A DNA stretch of 64,000 nucleotides. Source: an uncultured Thiomicrospira sp. GTDB lineage: Bacteria > Pseudomonadota > Gammaproteobacteria > CAKMZV01. This document shows, in pieces, positions 9,484 through 20,155 of the stretch. Where the stretch lies: the NCBI GenBank assembly GCA_965195345.1, contig OZ239628.1, positions 608,001 through 672,000 on the forward strand. The letters run 5' to 3'. The position numbers and the translations under genes are program-made. The first letter of the stretch is position 1. Every line of letters starts with the position of its first letter. The notes under the pieces were generated by a model. The model saw only the letters and a program-made list of their open reading frames with translations. It did no database searches and was not told the origin of the DNA.

Positions 9484-11435
9484 TAGTTTGACTGGTTTTT
9501 TTGTTGATTTCTTAAGACTAATTCAAGATAACTTCGAAAGCTGCTAAAGGGAAGGTCGTATTTCTGTAGCGAGAAGTTACGAGTTTTTTTCAATTTTGGT
9601 GTGACAATTTTTCTAGGAATTGCTTGAACCCCCTCAGACAAAAATAGAGGGCGACCAGTATAGGTAGATCCTTGGAAACTAAAAGAGATCGCAGACAGTC
9701 TTACTCGCTTGTTCGTTACGAACGAGAATCTGGCATTGCTTATCACTGTACCTTTACGTAGAGCCGCGTAAAGATCGCGGGCATTAGCACCCTGTGGAAC
9801 CTTCACGAGAAAATCTTCTTGGAAGAATGCTTTCGAAAATCCAAGTCGCACTTGCATTAATTCTGTGTTCGGGTTGTAAGCTGCTTTACCATTTTTTTCA
9901 AGAGGGAAAATGACTGGATTTCCGAGTACGTATCTGATCGCATCTATTGCAATCTTTTGCCTTTCTATGTTTGCAACCCCTTTGGCGAGGTTTATTTTTT
10001 CTCGTAATTTCAAAATCTCACGATTACGAATGTCAATGTCACGACGGTATTTCGCTAACGTAATATCAACAGCCTGAGAGTAAGTGGCCACAGTGCGATT
10101 TATGAATGATGCATTGCTTTCAAAATGGTCTTTTTTAAATACAGAGGGCAAAGGAAGTGAAGGTTTTGGAATAAGAGGATATCCTGAGGTTTCAGAGAGC
10201 TTTTGTACATTTCGGTGCGTTAAGTTACGTATGTCTTCCCAAGGTTGATATGAGAAGCCACTAGATGCCCATATTTGTATGCTACCATTTGATCCAGAGA
10301 CGGCAGAAATCCAATCCTTACCATCAATATATGCTACGGATTCTGGACGTAACAAAATAGTGGTTAATGTTCTTTTTGGTCTGCCATCTAATGTCCAAAT
10401 TCGAATGGTCGAATCTAAACTGCTTGAAATTAACCACCGGTTGTTTCTGGAGATTTGAAGTTTGACTACATCATCGCTGTGACCGGATATGCTACCAAGA
10501 AGTGTACCATTAGTTATATTCCATCGACGAATTGTGTTATCACTGCTCCCAGAAAATAAGACTCTGCCATCATTAGAAAAGACTATTGTGTTAATTGGTG
10601 CTCGGTGACCAGACAAACTAAGTGCCAAAGTGTACAACCGCGTATTCCATACTTGAATGGTGTGTTGTTGATCTATGGCTGAAGTGCCAGCAGAGGCTAA
10701 AAATTTACCATCATTTGTGTATGCTAATGTTTTCACGTCTACTAGGTCATCAATGACAAACTCTAAGACTCCTGTGTGCGTATTCCAAATGAAGATGGTA
10801 CTGTTTCCATCCGCAACGGCAAGGCGCGCCTTTTTCGGAGCAAAGGACAGCGCCTGCACGCCATCGTTGTGTCCTTTTAGTGCATGGAGTAGAGAGCCAT
10901 TTTTGGCATCCAGCAAATGAACCGTTCCATCTGAGTATGCGACAGCTATAAGACGACCGTCATCACTGGTCTCGACAGTATGAGGACGCTGTTCACTAGC
11001 AAAGGAATTTTCCAGTGAGAGTGTATTAAGATTCCAAACACTGATTTTATTGCCAATGCTAACTAATGAGTTCCCGTCTATAGAAGGTGATAATTTTGAA
11101 AATATATTAGATCCATCGGTTAGAGTCACTAGCGGGTGGTCTAAATCACGCCAAGCATCTTTGATGCTGTTTCTTTTCCAATCAGCACTCGGTATGCCTG
11201 CGATAGAAAAAGAAGGAAGAGGAATACTGGATCGAAGCTCAATATTTTCTGGCTCATTGTCTTGTGCAATGGAGGCTTGTTGAGGCTGTTCAGAGTTACT
11301 TTCTGCTTTTTCTGCTTTTTCTTCTAATATAGATGGTGTTGTCGAACAGGCAGAAAATATCCCGACAAGAAATAGGGATAGCATGAAGCATAACAGATTT
11401 TTTAAACTATTGAAAGTAAAGTTTATTTTTTTCAT
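9483..11435 (-). CDS. WD40-repeat lipoprotein with unknown C-terminal domain
   Basis: Lipobox IFSAC; several GH...WN/WT repeats (e.g. LSGHRAPINTIVFSNDGRVLFSGSSDNTIRRWN); start probably MKKINF (11435), alternative 11468. Confidence 0.8.
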   Translation of the reverse strand: MKKINFTFNSLKNLLCFMLSLFLVGIFSACSTTPSILEEKAEKAESNSEQPQQASIAQDNEPENIELRSSIPLPSFSIAGIPSADWKRNSIKDAWRDLDHPLVTLTDGSNIFSKLSPSIDGNSLVSIGNKISVWNLNTLSLENSFASEQRPHTVETSDDGRLIAVAYSDGTVHLLDAKNGSLLHALKGHNDGVQALSFAPKKARLAVADGNSTIFIWNTHTGVLEFVIDDLVDVKTLAYTNDGKFLASAGTSAIDQQHTIQVWNTRLYTLALSLSGHRAPINTIVFSNDGRVLFSGSSDNTIRRWNITNGTLLGSISGHSDDVVKLQISRNNRWLISSSLDSTIRIWTLDGRPKRTLTTILLRPESVAYIDGKDWISAVSGSNGSIQIWASSGFSYQPWEDIRNLTHRNVQKLSETSGYPLIPKPSLPLPSVFKKDHFESNASFINRTVATYSQAVDITLAKYRRDIDIRNREILKLREKINLAKGVANIERQKIAIDAIRYVLGNPVIFPLEKNGKAAYNPNTELMQVRLGFSKAFFQEDFLVKVPQGANARDLYAALRKGTVISNARFSFVTNKRVRLSAISFSFQGSTYTGRPLFLSEGVQAIPRKIVTPKLKKTRNFSLQKYDLPFSSFRSYLELVLRNQQKNQSN

Positions 11436-11690
11436 ATCGCAAGAGCCTTCAAACAAATTTTTTCTCATTATACACTAATACTTAGCGATTGAACTTAAAG
11501 AAAAATGATAACAATAAGCTCCCTTTATGTTTAAATCAACAATAATATTTTGAGTGACAAGTACATAATGTGATATTTGATTATATAGTGATTAACAGTT
11601 AATTTTAATTTGTTCAAGAATACACATTATTAAACTAGTTTGGTTGTGTGATACTATAAAATTGCAAGTTTGGATAGCTATGGTTGTCCA

Positions 11691-11719
11691 TTGCTTGTTT
11701 TTCTGCCATTCTCTAAATT
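11691..11719 (+). promoter_or_regulatory. Putative sigma70 promoter of uup (probably leaderless)
   Basis: TTGCTT-N17-TAAATT, 6 nt before the ATG at 11726, no SD. Confidence 0.5.
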
Positions 11720-11725
11720 ACCACT

Positions 11726-13609
11726 ATGCTCATTAGTTTAAATAAAGTTAGCTATTCTATAGGCAATAAACGTTTATTTGAAGAAGTAAATCTAGTTATT
11801 GATAGAAATGAACGTATTTGCTTGATTGGTCGAAATGGTGCGGGAAAGACGACCCTTTTAAAGCTGTTACAAGGAACGATTCAACCGATCAATGGTGAAG
11901 TTATTTCTCCATCAGAGCTGCGCATCAGCCAGCTTGAACAGACTTTACCTGAAAATTGTGATATTTCGGTAGGAGATTTTATCAAGCAGGGGTTAGCTCT
12001 CTTACAGAAATTGATTGACGAATACTTTTCAATTAGCAATCAAAGCACTATCGATACTCAAGAAATGGAACGAGTTCAAGCCAAGATAGAAGCAGGTGGA
12101 GGTTGGAATGTTGATCAGCAAATACAAAGTGTATGCAGTGAGCTAGGATTGGATCATCAAAGAAAAATGAGTGAACTTTCTGGTGGATGGAGAAGGAGAG
12201 CGGCACTTGCAAAAGCATTAGTTAATTGCCCAGAATTATTGTTGCTTGATGAGCCAACCAATCATCTTGATTTAAATACAATCGAATGGTTAGAGAATAG
12301 AGTTCGACAGTTTAAGGGTACTGTGGTTTTTATTACCCATGATCGCTTTTTTCTGCAAAAAATGGCGACTCGTATTGTAGAAATAGATCGTTCGAAGTTA
12401 ATCAGTTATACAGGTGATTACGCGAGTTATTTGCGTTATAAGGAACACTTGGATGAAGTTGAAGATGAACAGCAAACGCTATTTAATAAGCGTTTGGGTC
12501 GAGAAGAGATTTGGTTGAGGAAGGGTGTTAAAGCAAGGGGTAAGCGTAACCAAGGACGTGTGCGGAATCTTGAAGAAATGCGAGATGAAAGCCAACAACG
12601 CATAAAAAGACAACCAATAGCACGATTTCGCATAGCTGAATCTTCTGAGATTTCAGGGCGTAAGGTCATTGAGGCGCATAATCTGGGGTATCGAATAGAT
12701 AGTGAAAATTGGCTTTTTAAAAATTTTGATTTGAAAATCGGACGTGGTGATCGTATTGGAGTGATAGGAAACAACGGAGTGGGCAAAAGTACTTTATTAC
12801 AACTTTTACTGGATGAACGCAAGCCAGATGAAGGTGTTGTTAAGAGAGGAACCAATCTCTTCAAGGGTTATTTCGATCAAAACCAGAGTTTATTGAATTT
12901 AGAAAAGACGGTGGCGTACAACGTCAATAACGGTAGTGATTATATTGAAAACAATAGCGCGAAAACCCACGTTGTAGGCTATCTGAAAGGATTCTTGTTT
13001 TCTTCGGAACAGGCATTAGAGAAAGCTCATTATTTATCGGGAGGAGAAAGGAATAGATTGCTATTAGCTCGATTATTTGCTCAACCAAGCAACTTGCTGA
13101 TATTGGATGAGCCTACTAATGATTTGGATATTCAAATGCTTGAGGTGCTTGAAAATGAATTGAAGCGATATAGTGGAACAATAATTGTTGTGAGTCATGA
13201 TAGACAATTTCTTGATAAAGTAGTTGATAGAGTTTTGGTTTTTGAAGAGGATTCCTCATTAACCATGCATGCAGGAGGATATTCTGATTGGGTTCTCAAA
13301 GGACGTACGCTTAAAACTCTTGATGAAGATTCTGAGCAGAAGCTTAAGAAAAGTGTGCAATCCCCGGTATCAAAAGAAAAGAAAAAGTTAGGGTACAGAG
13401 AACAGCGCGAATGGGACGCTCTTCCGAACAACATTGATGTGCTTGAAAAGAAAATTCAAAGTTTGAGCAAAGAGGTTGCCAGCGATTATTTCATTGCGTT
13501 ATCTTTTGAAGATCAAAAGCCTATTTTGGAATCATTAACTACAGCTCAAAAATCTTTAAACGATCACACAGAACGATGGCTTGAATTAGCTGAAGTCATT
13601 GGTTTGTGA
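11726..13609 (+). CDS. uup: ABC-F ATPase Uup
   Basis: Two ABC domains (GRNGAGKT, LSGGW, LDEPTNHLD; GNNGVGKS, LSGGE), linker WLRKGVKARGKRNQGRV, C-terminal coiled coil KLGYREQRE...RWLEL. Confidence 0.9.
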   Translation: MLISLNKVSYSIGNKRLFEEVNLVIDRNERICLIGRNGAGKTTLLKLLQGTIQPINGEVISPSELRISQLEQTLPENCDISVGDFIKQGLALLQKLIDEYFSISNQSTIDTQEMERVQAKIEAGGGWNVDQQIQSVCSELGLDHQRKMSELSGGWRRRAALAKALVNCPELLLLDEPTNHLDLNTIEWLENRVRQFKGTVVFITHDRFFLQKMATRIVEIDRSKLISYTGDYASYLRYKEHLDEVEDEQQTLFNKRLGREEIWLRKGVKARGKRNQGRVRNLEEMRDESQQRIKRQPIARFRIAESSEISGRKVIEAHNLGYRIDSENWLFKNFDLKIGRGDRIGVIGNNGVGKSTLLQLLLDERKPDEGVVKRGTNLFKGYFDQNQSLLNLEKTVAYNVNNGSDYIENNSAKTHVVGYLKGFLFSSEQALEKAHYLSGGERNRLLLARLFAQPSNLLILDEPTNDLDIQMLEVLENELKRYSGTIIVVSHDRQFLDKVVDRVLVFEEDSSLTMHAGGYSDWVLKGRTLKTLDEDSEQKLKKSVQSPVSKEKKKLGYREQREWDALPNNIDVLEKKIQSLSKEVASDYFIALSFEDQKPILESLTTAQKSLNDHTERWLELAEVIGL

Positions 13610-13671
13610 TAGATCACAATTTGTGTTTTTTAAATGGCATCAGTGCTGAATAACTGCTTTCCACTTTACGA

Positions 13672-14004
13672 TCAACTTTTCTTTACGTGCGCCTCTTGTA
13701 ATAATTCAGTGAGTTCTCCCTTTTCAGCCATTTCGATTACTATATCGCTACCACCAATGAGTTCTCCATCTATATAGATTTGAGGAAACGTTGGCCAATC
13801 AGCATAGCTAGGAAGGTGTTCAAATATTTCAGGATCGGCAAGGACATTGACATAAGCGAATTGTTCGCCAGAACTAACAAGTGCCTGTGCTGCTCGTGAA
13901 GAAAATCCACAAGATGGAAGTTGAGGAGATCCTTTCATATAGATAACGACAGGATTATTTTTAACTTGCTCATCAATGCGTTTTAAAGTATCTTCTGTGC
14001 TCAT
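13672..14004 (-). CDS. grxD: Monothiol glutaredoxin Grx4
   Basis: CGFS active site, WPTFPQ, GGSD; start re-called at MSTEDT (14004) with SD GGAG. Confidence 0.95.
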   Translation of the reverse strand: MSTEDTLKRIDEQVKNNPVVIYMKGSPQLPSCGFSSRAAQALVSSGEQFAYVNVLADPEIFEHLPSYADWPTFPQIYIDGELIGGSDIVIEMAEKGELTELLQEAHVKKS

Positions 14005-14041
14005 TATAAGAAACTCCAATTTTTTAGGTAAAATAGATAGA

Positions 14042-15235
14042 ATGCGAATTATAGCGGATAGAGCCATAGCGGACGTTGAATCATTCCTGTTAGGTTGTGG
14101 AAATGTTGAGCTTATGTTGGCATCACAAATAAATGCTACAGCTGTACGTGATGCCGATGTGTTATTGGTGCGTTCAAGGACAAGGGTTACTCCTACTTTG
14201 CTTCAAGGGTCAAAGGTGCGGTTTGTTGGGTCATGTGTGTCTGGAGTGGATCATGTTGATCAAGAGTGGCTTAGAAGAGCAGGAATAGTTTTTGCCCATG
14301 CACGTGGTTGTAACGCTGATTCGGTTGCTGAATATGTGGCTACAGTAATAATGCATTATGTTTTTACTAATCAGATGTCTTTTGATACTTTATCGGTTGG
14401 TGTTATTGGAGTAGGTGCTGTAGGAACACGCTTAGTTGAAGTTTTACAAACTTTAGGGATCGAAGTGCATACCTATGACCCGTTGCGAGCGGAAGCGGAA
14501 GGGAATAAACTTTTCGACAATCTTGATGCCGTGAAGCAATCAGAAATAATTAGTTTGCATGTGCCCTTTTCAATGCAAGGAAAATATCCCACTAAAAATT
14601 TTGTGGACACTGATTTTTTGAAAACAAGTAAAGTCAAGTGTTTAATAAATGCTGCTCGGGGAGAAGTTATTGATGAATTGGCGTTACGCAATTATCCGTT
14701 GGATTTTTGTGCCCTTGATTGTTGGCAGAATGAACCAGATATTAATTTACAATTGATTCAAAAGAGCAGTTTAGCGACACCGCACATAGCAGGACATTCT
14801 TGGAATGCTAAAGTGGCTGGTACGAGGATGGTAGTGCAACAGATGAAAAAGACGTTTGCATTACCTGAGCAACAGAAAGCTGATTCAGCTGTCACAAAAA
14901 AAATCTCTCTTAAATTAAACGATTTTTCAAGTTTTGAAGAGGCCGTGTGCGCATTTGCAAAGCTGTGTTACAACCCCCTATCAGACTGTTTAAAGGACAA
15001 AGGGCTAAATGTAATCACCGCATTTGAAAGGCATAGAAATAATTACCCAAAGCGATGTGAATGGATAGACTGCACTGTTCAATTGCACGGGAAAAAGGAC
15101 GTCAAATGGGCTAAGCGTTTCGAACATTGGTTGTTAGAAAATCGTGTGAAAATCAATTCTTGGAACGAGAGTAGTTCCTCATTTGTAAAACTGTCTACGC
15201 ATCGAGGAAAACTTTGGGAAAAAGGAGGTTGTTGA
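14042..15235 (+). CDS. pdxB: 4-phosphoerythronate dehydrogenase
   Basis: Start re-called at MRIIAD (14042); LLVRSRT, GVDHVD, GCNADSVAEY, GVGAVG, NAARG, TPHIAGHS. Confidence 0.9.
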   Translation: MRIIADRAIADVESFLLGCGNVELMLASQINATAVRDADVLLVRSRTRVTPTLLQGSKVRFVGSCVSGVDHVDQEWLRRAGIVFAHARGCNADSVAEYVATVIMHYVFTNQMSFDTLSVGVIGVGAVGTRLVEVLQTLGIEVHTYDPLRAEAEGNKLFDNLDAVKQSEIISLHVPFSMQGKYPTKNFVDTDFLKTSKVKCLINAARGEVIDELALRNYPLDFCALDCWQNEPDINLQLIQKSSLATPHIAGHSWNAKVAGTRMVVQQMKKTFALPEQQKADSAVTKKISLKLNDFSSFEEAVCAFAKLCYNPLSDCLKDKGLNVITAFERHRNNYPKRCEWIDCTVQLHGKKDVKWAKRFEHWLLENRVKINSWNESSSSFVKLSTHRGKLWEKGGC

Positions 15236-15399
15236 CTGCACAGGTATTTGCTTTGCAATTAAAGTGAGTAATCAAACTTTTCAATATCTATTTTTGGATT
15301 ACTTGTTTTTTATGAATGTTTAATGGAAATGGAAGCGAAAAGCATTACTGCTGTAAGCACCAGCAAACTGGGTTTTTTTTCGGTATAATGCCGCCCGCT

Positions 15400-15723
15400 A
15401 TGAATCTCTTATCGTTTCTTTTATTATTTTGTTTTTCAGCGTTCGCGTTTGCAGCTGACGATTCTTCTGTTGAATACAATTCAGGAAAATCTCATTATTT
15501 AGCTAAGTGTGCGTTTTGCCACGGCGTTAGTGGAGAAGGGGTAGGAATTTTTCCGGCGCTTCGAGGTTCTGATGCCAAAGATGTGAAAGATAAGCTTCAA
15601 CGGTATAGAAAATCAAGAAAAGTTGGTCGATACAGTGCAATGATGTATGTTCGCGCGTCTAAGTTGACTGATGAACAGATAGAAGCCCTGTCAGATTACA
15701 TTCCGACTTTGGGAAATCCATAG
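15400..15723 (+). CDS. Periplasmic monoheme cytochrome c (c553/c554-like)
   Basis: Signal peptide ending AFA-A; CAFCH heme motif; distal Met candidate in SAMM; start re-called at 15400. Confidence 0.85.
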   Translation: MNLLSFLLLFCFSAFAFAADDSSVEYNSGKSHYLAKCAFCHGVSGEGVGIFPALRGSDAKDVKDKLQRYRKSRKVGRYSAMMYVRASKLTDEQIEALSDYIPTLGNP

Positions 15724-15751
15724 TAATCTTTTTGAGGAAAATGCTGGCAGG

Positions 15752-15784
15752 TATTTAAAATAGTATTTTAAATAATAGTATTTT
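15752..15784. promoter_or_regulatory. Palindrome plus direct repeat upstream of prpB, candidate operator
   Basis: TATTTAAAATA-G-TATTTTAAATA perfect 11-1-11 inverted repeat; AATAGTATTTT at 15759 and 15774. Confidence 0.35.
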
Positions 15785-15810
15785 GAAATCTGAATAATCA
15801 AGGAGAATGT

Positions 15811-16695
15811 ATGGAAAGAATGAGTCCAGGCTTGAGGTTTCGAAAAGAAGTAACGGACAATGTGCCTTTGCAAATTGTCGGTGTGATTAACGCATATAGC
15901 GCACTTCTTGCGGAGAAATCAGATCATAAGGCTTTTTATCTATCGGGTGCAGGCGTTGCAAATGCTTCTTTTGGTTTGCCTGACTTAGGAATTACCTCTC
16001 TTGAAAATGTCCTTGAAGATGCCAAACGAATTACTGGAGCGACCGCTAAACCATTGTTAGTCGATATCGATACGGGATGGGGAGGCGCTTTCAACATAGC
16101 ACGTACCGTAAAAGAAATGGAACGCATAGGCGTAGCTGCTGTTCACATTGAAGATCAAGTTGTACAAAAACGTTGCGGTCATCGCCCAAATAAAGCCATT
16201 GTAAGTAAATCGGAAATGGTTGATAGAATAAAAGCGGCAGTTGATGCACGTGTTGACGACGATTTTGTTATTTTTGCGCGCACTGATGCACTTGCTGTTG
16301 AAGGGATGGAAGCTGCTACAGAAAGAGCGTTGGCTTATGTCGATGCAGGTGCAGATATGATTTTCCCTGAGGCTATGACTTCTCTTGAGCAGTATGCTGA
16401 ATTTGCAGAAGTTGTTAAAGTTCCATTTTTAGCAAACATCACTGAATTTGGTATGTCACCAATGTTTACAACAACCGAATTGGCGGGTGCTGGAGTCAAT
16501 ATGGTTCTTTATCCTCTTTCGGCTTTTAGAGCGATGAGTTTAGCAGCACTGAATGTTTATCAAACGCTGCGTGAAGAGGGAACTCAAAAAAATTGTCTTG
16601 AAAAAATGCAAAATCGAAATGATTTATACGAAGTATTGAACTATTACGCTTATGAAAATAAGCTTGATAAATTATTTAATGGAGAAAAGGAATGA
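15811..16695 (+). CDS. prpB: 2-methylisocitrate lyase
   Basis: KRCGHRPNK catalytic motif, DIDTG, IEDQ, ANITEFG; SD AAGGAG. Confidence 0.96.
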   Translation: MERMSPGLRFRKEVTDNVPLQIVGVINAYSALLAEKSDHKAFYLSGAGVANASFGLPDLGITSLENVLEDAKRITGATAKPLLVDIDTGWGGAFNIARTVKEMERIGVAAVHIEDQVVQKRCGHRPNKAIVSKSEMVDRIKAAVDARVDDDFVIFARTDALAVEGMEAATERALAYVDAGADMIFPEAMTSLEQYAEFAEVVKVPFLANITEFGMSPMFTTTELAGAGVNMVLYPLSAFRAMSLAALNVYQTLREEGTQKNCLEKMQNRNDLYEVLNYYAYENKLDKLFNGEKE

Positions 16696-17807
16696 CTGAA
16701 AATACTGCAGGCTTAAGAGGAATAAATGCCGGCGAAACAGCCGTATGTACATGTGGAAAAGAAGGCGTTGGGTTAACATATAGAGGTTACGATATTAAAG
16801 ATCTTGCCGCTAATGTTAGTTTTGAAGAAGTTGCATTCTTACTATTAAATGGTGAATTACCTACCCAAAGCGAACTGAACGAGTACAAAAAAAATCTAGT
16901 CTCTAATTACAGTGTTCCTGTTGCGGTTAAGACTGTTTTAGAACAAATACCTGCCAATGCTCATCCAATGGATGTGATGCGCACGGCAGCTTCAGCTCTT
17001 GGTACGGTTGAACCAGAGAATAGTCCTTCTCAACAGATGGATGTGGCAAATCGATTGCTTGGGTTTTTCCCTTCTGCTTTGTTGTATTGGTATCATTTTG
17101 CGCATAGTGGCAAACGGATTGAAACGGAAACAGCAAATCCTTCTTTAGGAGCACATTTTTTAACGTTGTTGCACGGCAAAGAACCGAGTCAATTAGAAGC
17201 TGAAGCCATGGATGTATCTTTAACGTTATATGCTGAACATGAATTCAATGCTTCTACGTTTACAACTCGTGTAATTACGGCAACGCTTTCGGACTTTTAT
17301 TCTGCGATTTGTGGCGGTATTGGGGCGTTGAGAGGTAACTTACATGGTGGAGCTAATGAGGCTGCAATGGAATTAATAGAGCAATATACTTCACCAGAAA
17401 AGGCTAAAGAGGGCATTTTAGAAAAACTTTCTCGAAAAGATAAAATTATGGGGTTTGGGCACGCTGTTTATAAAATTTCTGATCCTCGAAATGAAGTTAT
17501 CAAAGATTGGTCGGAGAAGCTCAGCCATAACCATCAAGATGAGTATTTATTCGCTGTTTCAGAAGCAGTAGAAAAGGCTATGTGGGATGAGAAAAAACTT
17601 TTCCCAAATTTGGATTTCTTTTCAGCGTCTGCCTATCATTTTTTAGGAATTCCTACTGAACTTTTCACACCGATATTTGTTATGAGTCGAACGGCTGGAT
17701 GGTCGGCGCACATCATAGAACAGCGAGCGAATAATCGCCTTATTCGTCCAAATGCAGAATATGTTGGAAAAGCATTGCGTGCAGTGTCTCCAATTACATC
17801 AAGATAA
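16692..17807 (+). CDS. prpC: 2-methylcitrate synthase
   Basis: [31 protein letters not shown]; ATGA overlap with prpB. Confidence 0.95.
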   Translation: MTENTAGLRGINAGETAVCTCGKEGVGLTYRGYDIKDLAANVSFEEVAFLLLNGELPTQSELNEYKKNLVSNYSVPVAVKTVLEQIPANAHPMDVMRTAASALGTVEPENSPSQQMDVANRLLGFFPSALLYWYHFAHSGKRIETETANPSLGAHFLTLLHGKEPSQLEAEAMDVSLTLYAEHEFNASTFTTRVITATLSDFYSAICGGIGALRGNLHGGANEAAMELIEQYTSPEKAKEGILEKLSRKDKIMGFGHAVYKISDPRNEVIKDWSEKLSHNHQDEYLFAVSEAVEKAMWDEKKLFPNLDFFSASAYHFLGIPTELFTPIFVMSRTAGWSAHIIEQRANNRLIRPNAEYVGKALRAVSPITSR

Positions 17808-17846
17808 CAGAATAGTATTCCCATAATCAATAAGGAACATTTAATA

Positions 17847-19298
17847 ATGAGTAAGCAAGTTTTTTCCGCCAAACGACCTGATTTTGATCCACTGCTAAAA
17901 AGGATTACGGACTATGTAACTTCATTTGACGTTAGTCAGTCAAAATTAGCAATGGAAACGGCACGGTATTGTTTAATGGATTCCATCGGTACTGCTTTTA
18001 TGGCTTTGAAATACCCAGCATGTACCAAAATGCTGGGTCCAGTTGTACCTGGTGCGCAAATGACGGATGGTGCAAAGGTTCCAGGAACTTCGTACCGTCT
18101 TGACCCTGTGCAGGCAGCGTTTAATTTCGGTGCTATGATTCGTTGGCTTGATTTCAATGATACATGGTTGGCTGCTGAATGGGGACATCCTTCAGACAAT
18201 CTTGGCGGTATATTGATGGTGGCCGATTATGTGAGCAGACGCAATCTCAATAACGGGAAAAGTCCGTTGACAATGAAGGATGTGCTTGAGGGAATGATTA
18301 AGGCGCATGAAATTCAAGGTGTTCTCGCATTGCAAAATAGTTTCAATCGCGTAGGTTTAGATCACGTTATGCTCGTGAGGATAGCAACTGCTCCAGTGGT
18401 TTCAAAAATGCTAGGCAACACGGATGAACAAACACTTAATGTTGTATCGCATACTTGGATTGACGGGTCTTCTTTGCGAACGTATCGTCACGCTCCCAAT
18501 ACTGGTTCACGTAAAAGTTGGGCGGCAGGAGATGCTACTGCTAGAGCGGTGCGTTTAGCGCTCATCGGAGGCACTGGCGAGATGGGATATCCTGCTGCAT
18601 TGAGCGTGCCTGTTTGGGGATTTCAAGATGTCTTATTTAAGGGTAAGGAATTGCAGATGGAGCGCGATTTTTCTACGTACGTGATGGAAAATGTTTTATT
18701 TAAGATTTCTTTCCCTGCAGAATTTCATGCCCAAACCGCCGTTGAAGCAGGCGTTAAACTACATCCATCCGTTGTTGGGCGGATAGATGATGTTGATCGC
18801 ATAGTGATTGAGACTCAAGAGTCAGGTCAACGAATTATTAACAAAACAGGAAAGCTAGATAATCCTGCCGATCGAGATCACTGCATTCAATACATGGTGG
18901 CGATTTCTTTGATTAAAGGCGATTTGACAGCTGAAGATTATGAAGATGTGGTTGCTAATGATGTTCGGGTGGATGCGCTGCGTGATAAGATGGAAGTGAA
19001 AGAGGTTCAGAAATACACCAAAGATTACATGGATCCGAGCAAGCGTTATATAGGTAATGCGGTACAAGTCTTCTTTAAAGATGGTACAAGCACTGAACGC
19101 GTTGAGATTAATTACCCAATTGGGCATCGTTTACGTCGAGAAGAAGGAATTCCTGTTCTTTGTGATAAGTTCACCAGAAATCTTGCTGGTCATCTAAGTG
19201 CTTACCGATGCTCTAAAATTGAGGAAATTTGTGCGGACCAGAATGTGTTGGAGTCCATGGCAGTAAATGAATTTGTTGATCTTTTGCATATGGGTTGA
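17847..19298 (+). CDS. prpD: 2-methylcitrate dehydratase
   Basis: [42 protein letters not shown]. Confidence 0.96.
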   Translation: MSKQVFSAKRPDFDPLLKRITDYVTSFDVSQSKLAMETARYCLMDSIGTAFMALKYPACTKMLGPVVPGAQMTDGAKVPGTSYRLDPVQAAFNFGAMIRWLDFNDTWLAAEWGHPSDNLGGILMVADYVSRRNLNNGKSPLTMKDVLEGMIKAHEIQGVLALQNSFNRVGLDHVMLVRIATAPVVSKMLGNTDEQTLNVVSHTWIDGSSLRTYRHAPNTGSRKSWAAGDATARAVRLALIGGTGEMGYPAALSVPVWGFQDVLFKGKELQMERDFSTYVMENVLFKISFPAEFHAQTAVEAGVKLHPSVVGRIDDVDRIVIETQESGQRIINKTGKLDNPADRDHCIQYMVAISLIKGDLTAEDYEDVVANDVRVDALRDKMEVKEVQKYTKDYMDPSKRYIGNAVQVFFKDGTSTERVEINYPIGHRLRREEGIPVLCDKFTRNLAGHLSAYRCSKIEEICADQNVLESMAVNEFVDLLHMG

Positions 19299-19425
19299 AT
19301 TCAAGTTAAACTCAAGGATATACTTTATAATAATACAGTTTTTTGGGCCGTGCGATACTGAAGATGTTTGATAAGATTCCAAATAATACTATGTATAAAA
19401 TTTTTAGATATGGATAATATAAAAT

Positions 19426-20067
19426 ATGGACTTTACAACAGCACGCAATAATATGATCCAACAACAAGTGAGAACTTGGAATGTTTTAGATGAAAAAGTC
19501 TTGCAAGTGCTGAGTTCTGTTCCCAGAGAAAATTTTGTTCCCAAAGAATACAAGAAAATCGCGTTAAGTGATGTTTCAATCCCTTTACCCAGTGGTGGGA
19601 AAATGTTTACTCCTAAGGAGGAAGGACGGCTTATTCAGGCACTCAAGCTGGAATCAAAAGATAACGTTTTACAGTTTGGTGTAGGTAGTGGTTACTTGAC
19701 GGCACTAATAGCTAGTTTGGTTCAGTCTGTTACGGTGTGTGATATTGATGCAGTTGCTTTAAATAGCGCAAAAATGTGCCTTGAGGGTTTTAATAATATT
19801 AGTTTTACTGAAGGGTGTGCATTTGAAATGCAGTCTGATAAGCCTTGGGATGCCATAGTGGTCACCGCTTCAGTGGAGAAATGTCCAACTAAATGGTTGG
19901 AGTGGTTGGCTGATGAAGGGCGTCTTTTTGTTATTGAAGGAGATACTCCAGCAATGCAAGCGGTTGTGATTAAGAAGCATCATGGCTCTTATATTCGGAG
20001 AAATTTATTTGAAACCACCACCCAACGAATGAAAAACGCTCCTGAAGAAATAAACTTCAAGTTATGA
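19426..20067 (+). CDS. pcm: Protein-L-isoaspartate O-methyltransferase family
   Basis: ARNNMIQQQVRTW, VPRENFVP, GVGSGY SAM-binding motif, LFET C-terminus. Confidence 0.85.
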   Translation: MDFTTARNNMIQQQVRTWNVLDEKVLQVLSSVPRENFVPKEYKKIALSDVSIPLPSGGKMFTPKEEGRLIQALKLESKDNVLQFGVGSGYLTALIASLVQSVTVCDIDAVALNSAKMCLEGFNNISFTEGCAFEMQSDKPWDAIVVTASVEKCPTKWLEWLADEGRLFVIEGDTPAMQAVVIKKHHGSYIRRNLFETTTQRMKNAPEEINFKL

Positions 20068-20155
20068 TGTTTTTTTTGATAGAATACTTGATTAGTTAGC
20101 GAAGAAAAAGAAATTATTTATAGAATATTTACGAATTAAAAATTGAGGAATTAAG

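Noticed and set aside
13976-14067. Apparent head-to-head overlap of grxD and pdxB
   Set aside because: Artefact of longest-ORF calling; homology-consistent starts are 14004 and 14042
15316-15399. Cys/His-containing N-terminal extension of the cytochrome c
   Set aside because: The signal peptide starts at 15400 and the upstream DNA looks like a promoter (TATAAT plus GC-rich discriminator)
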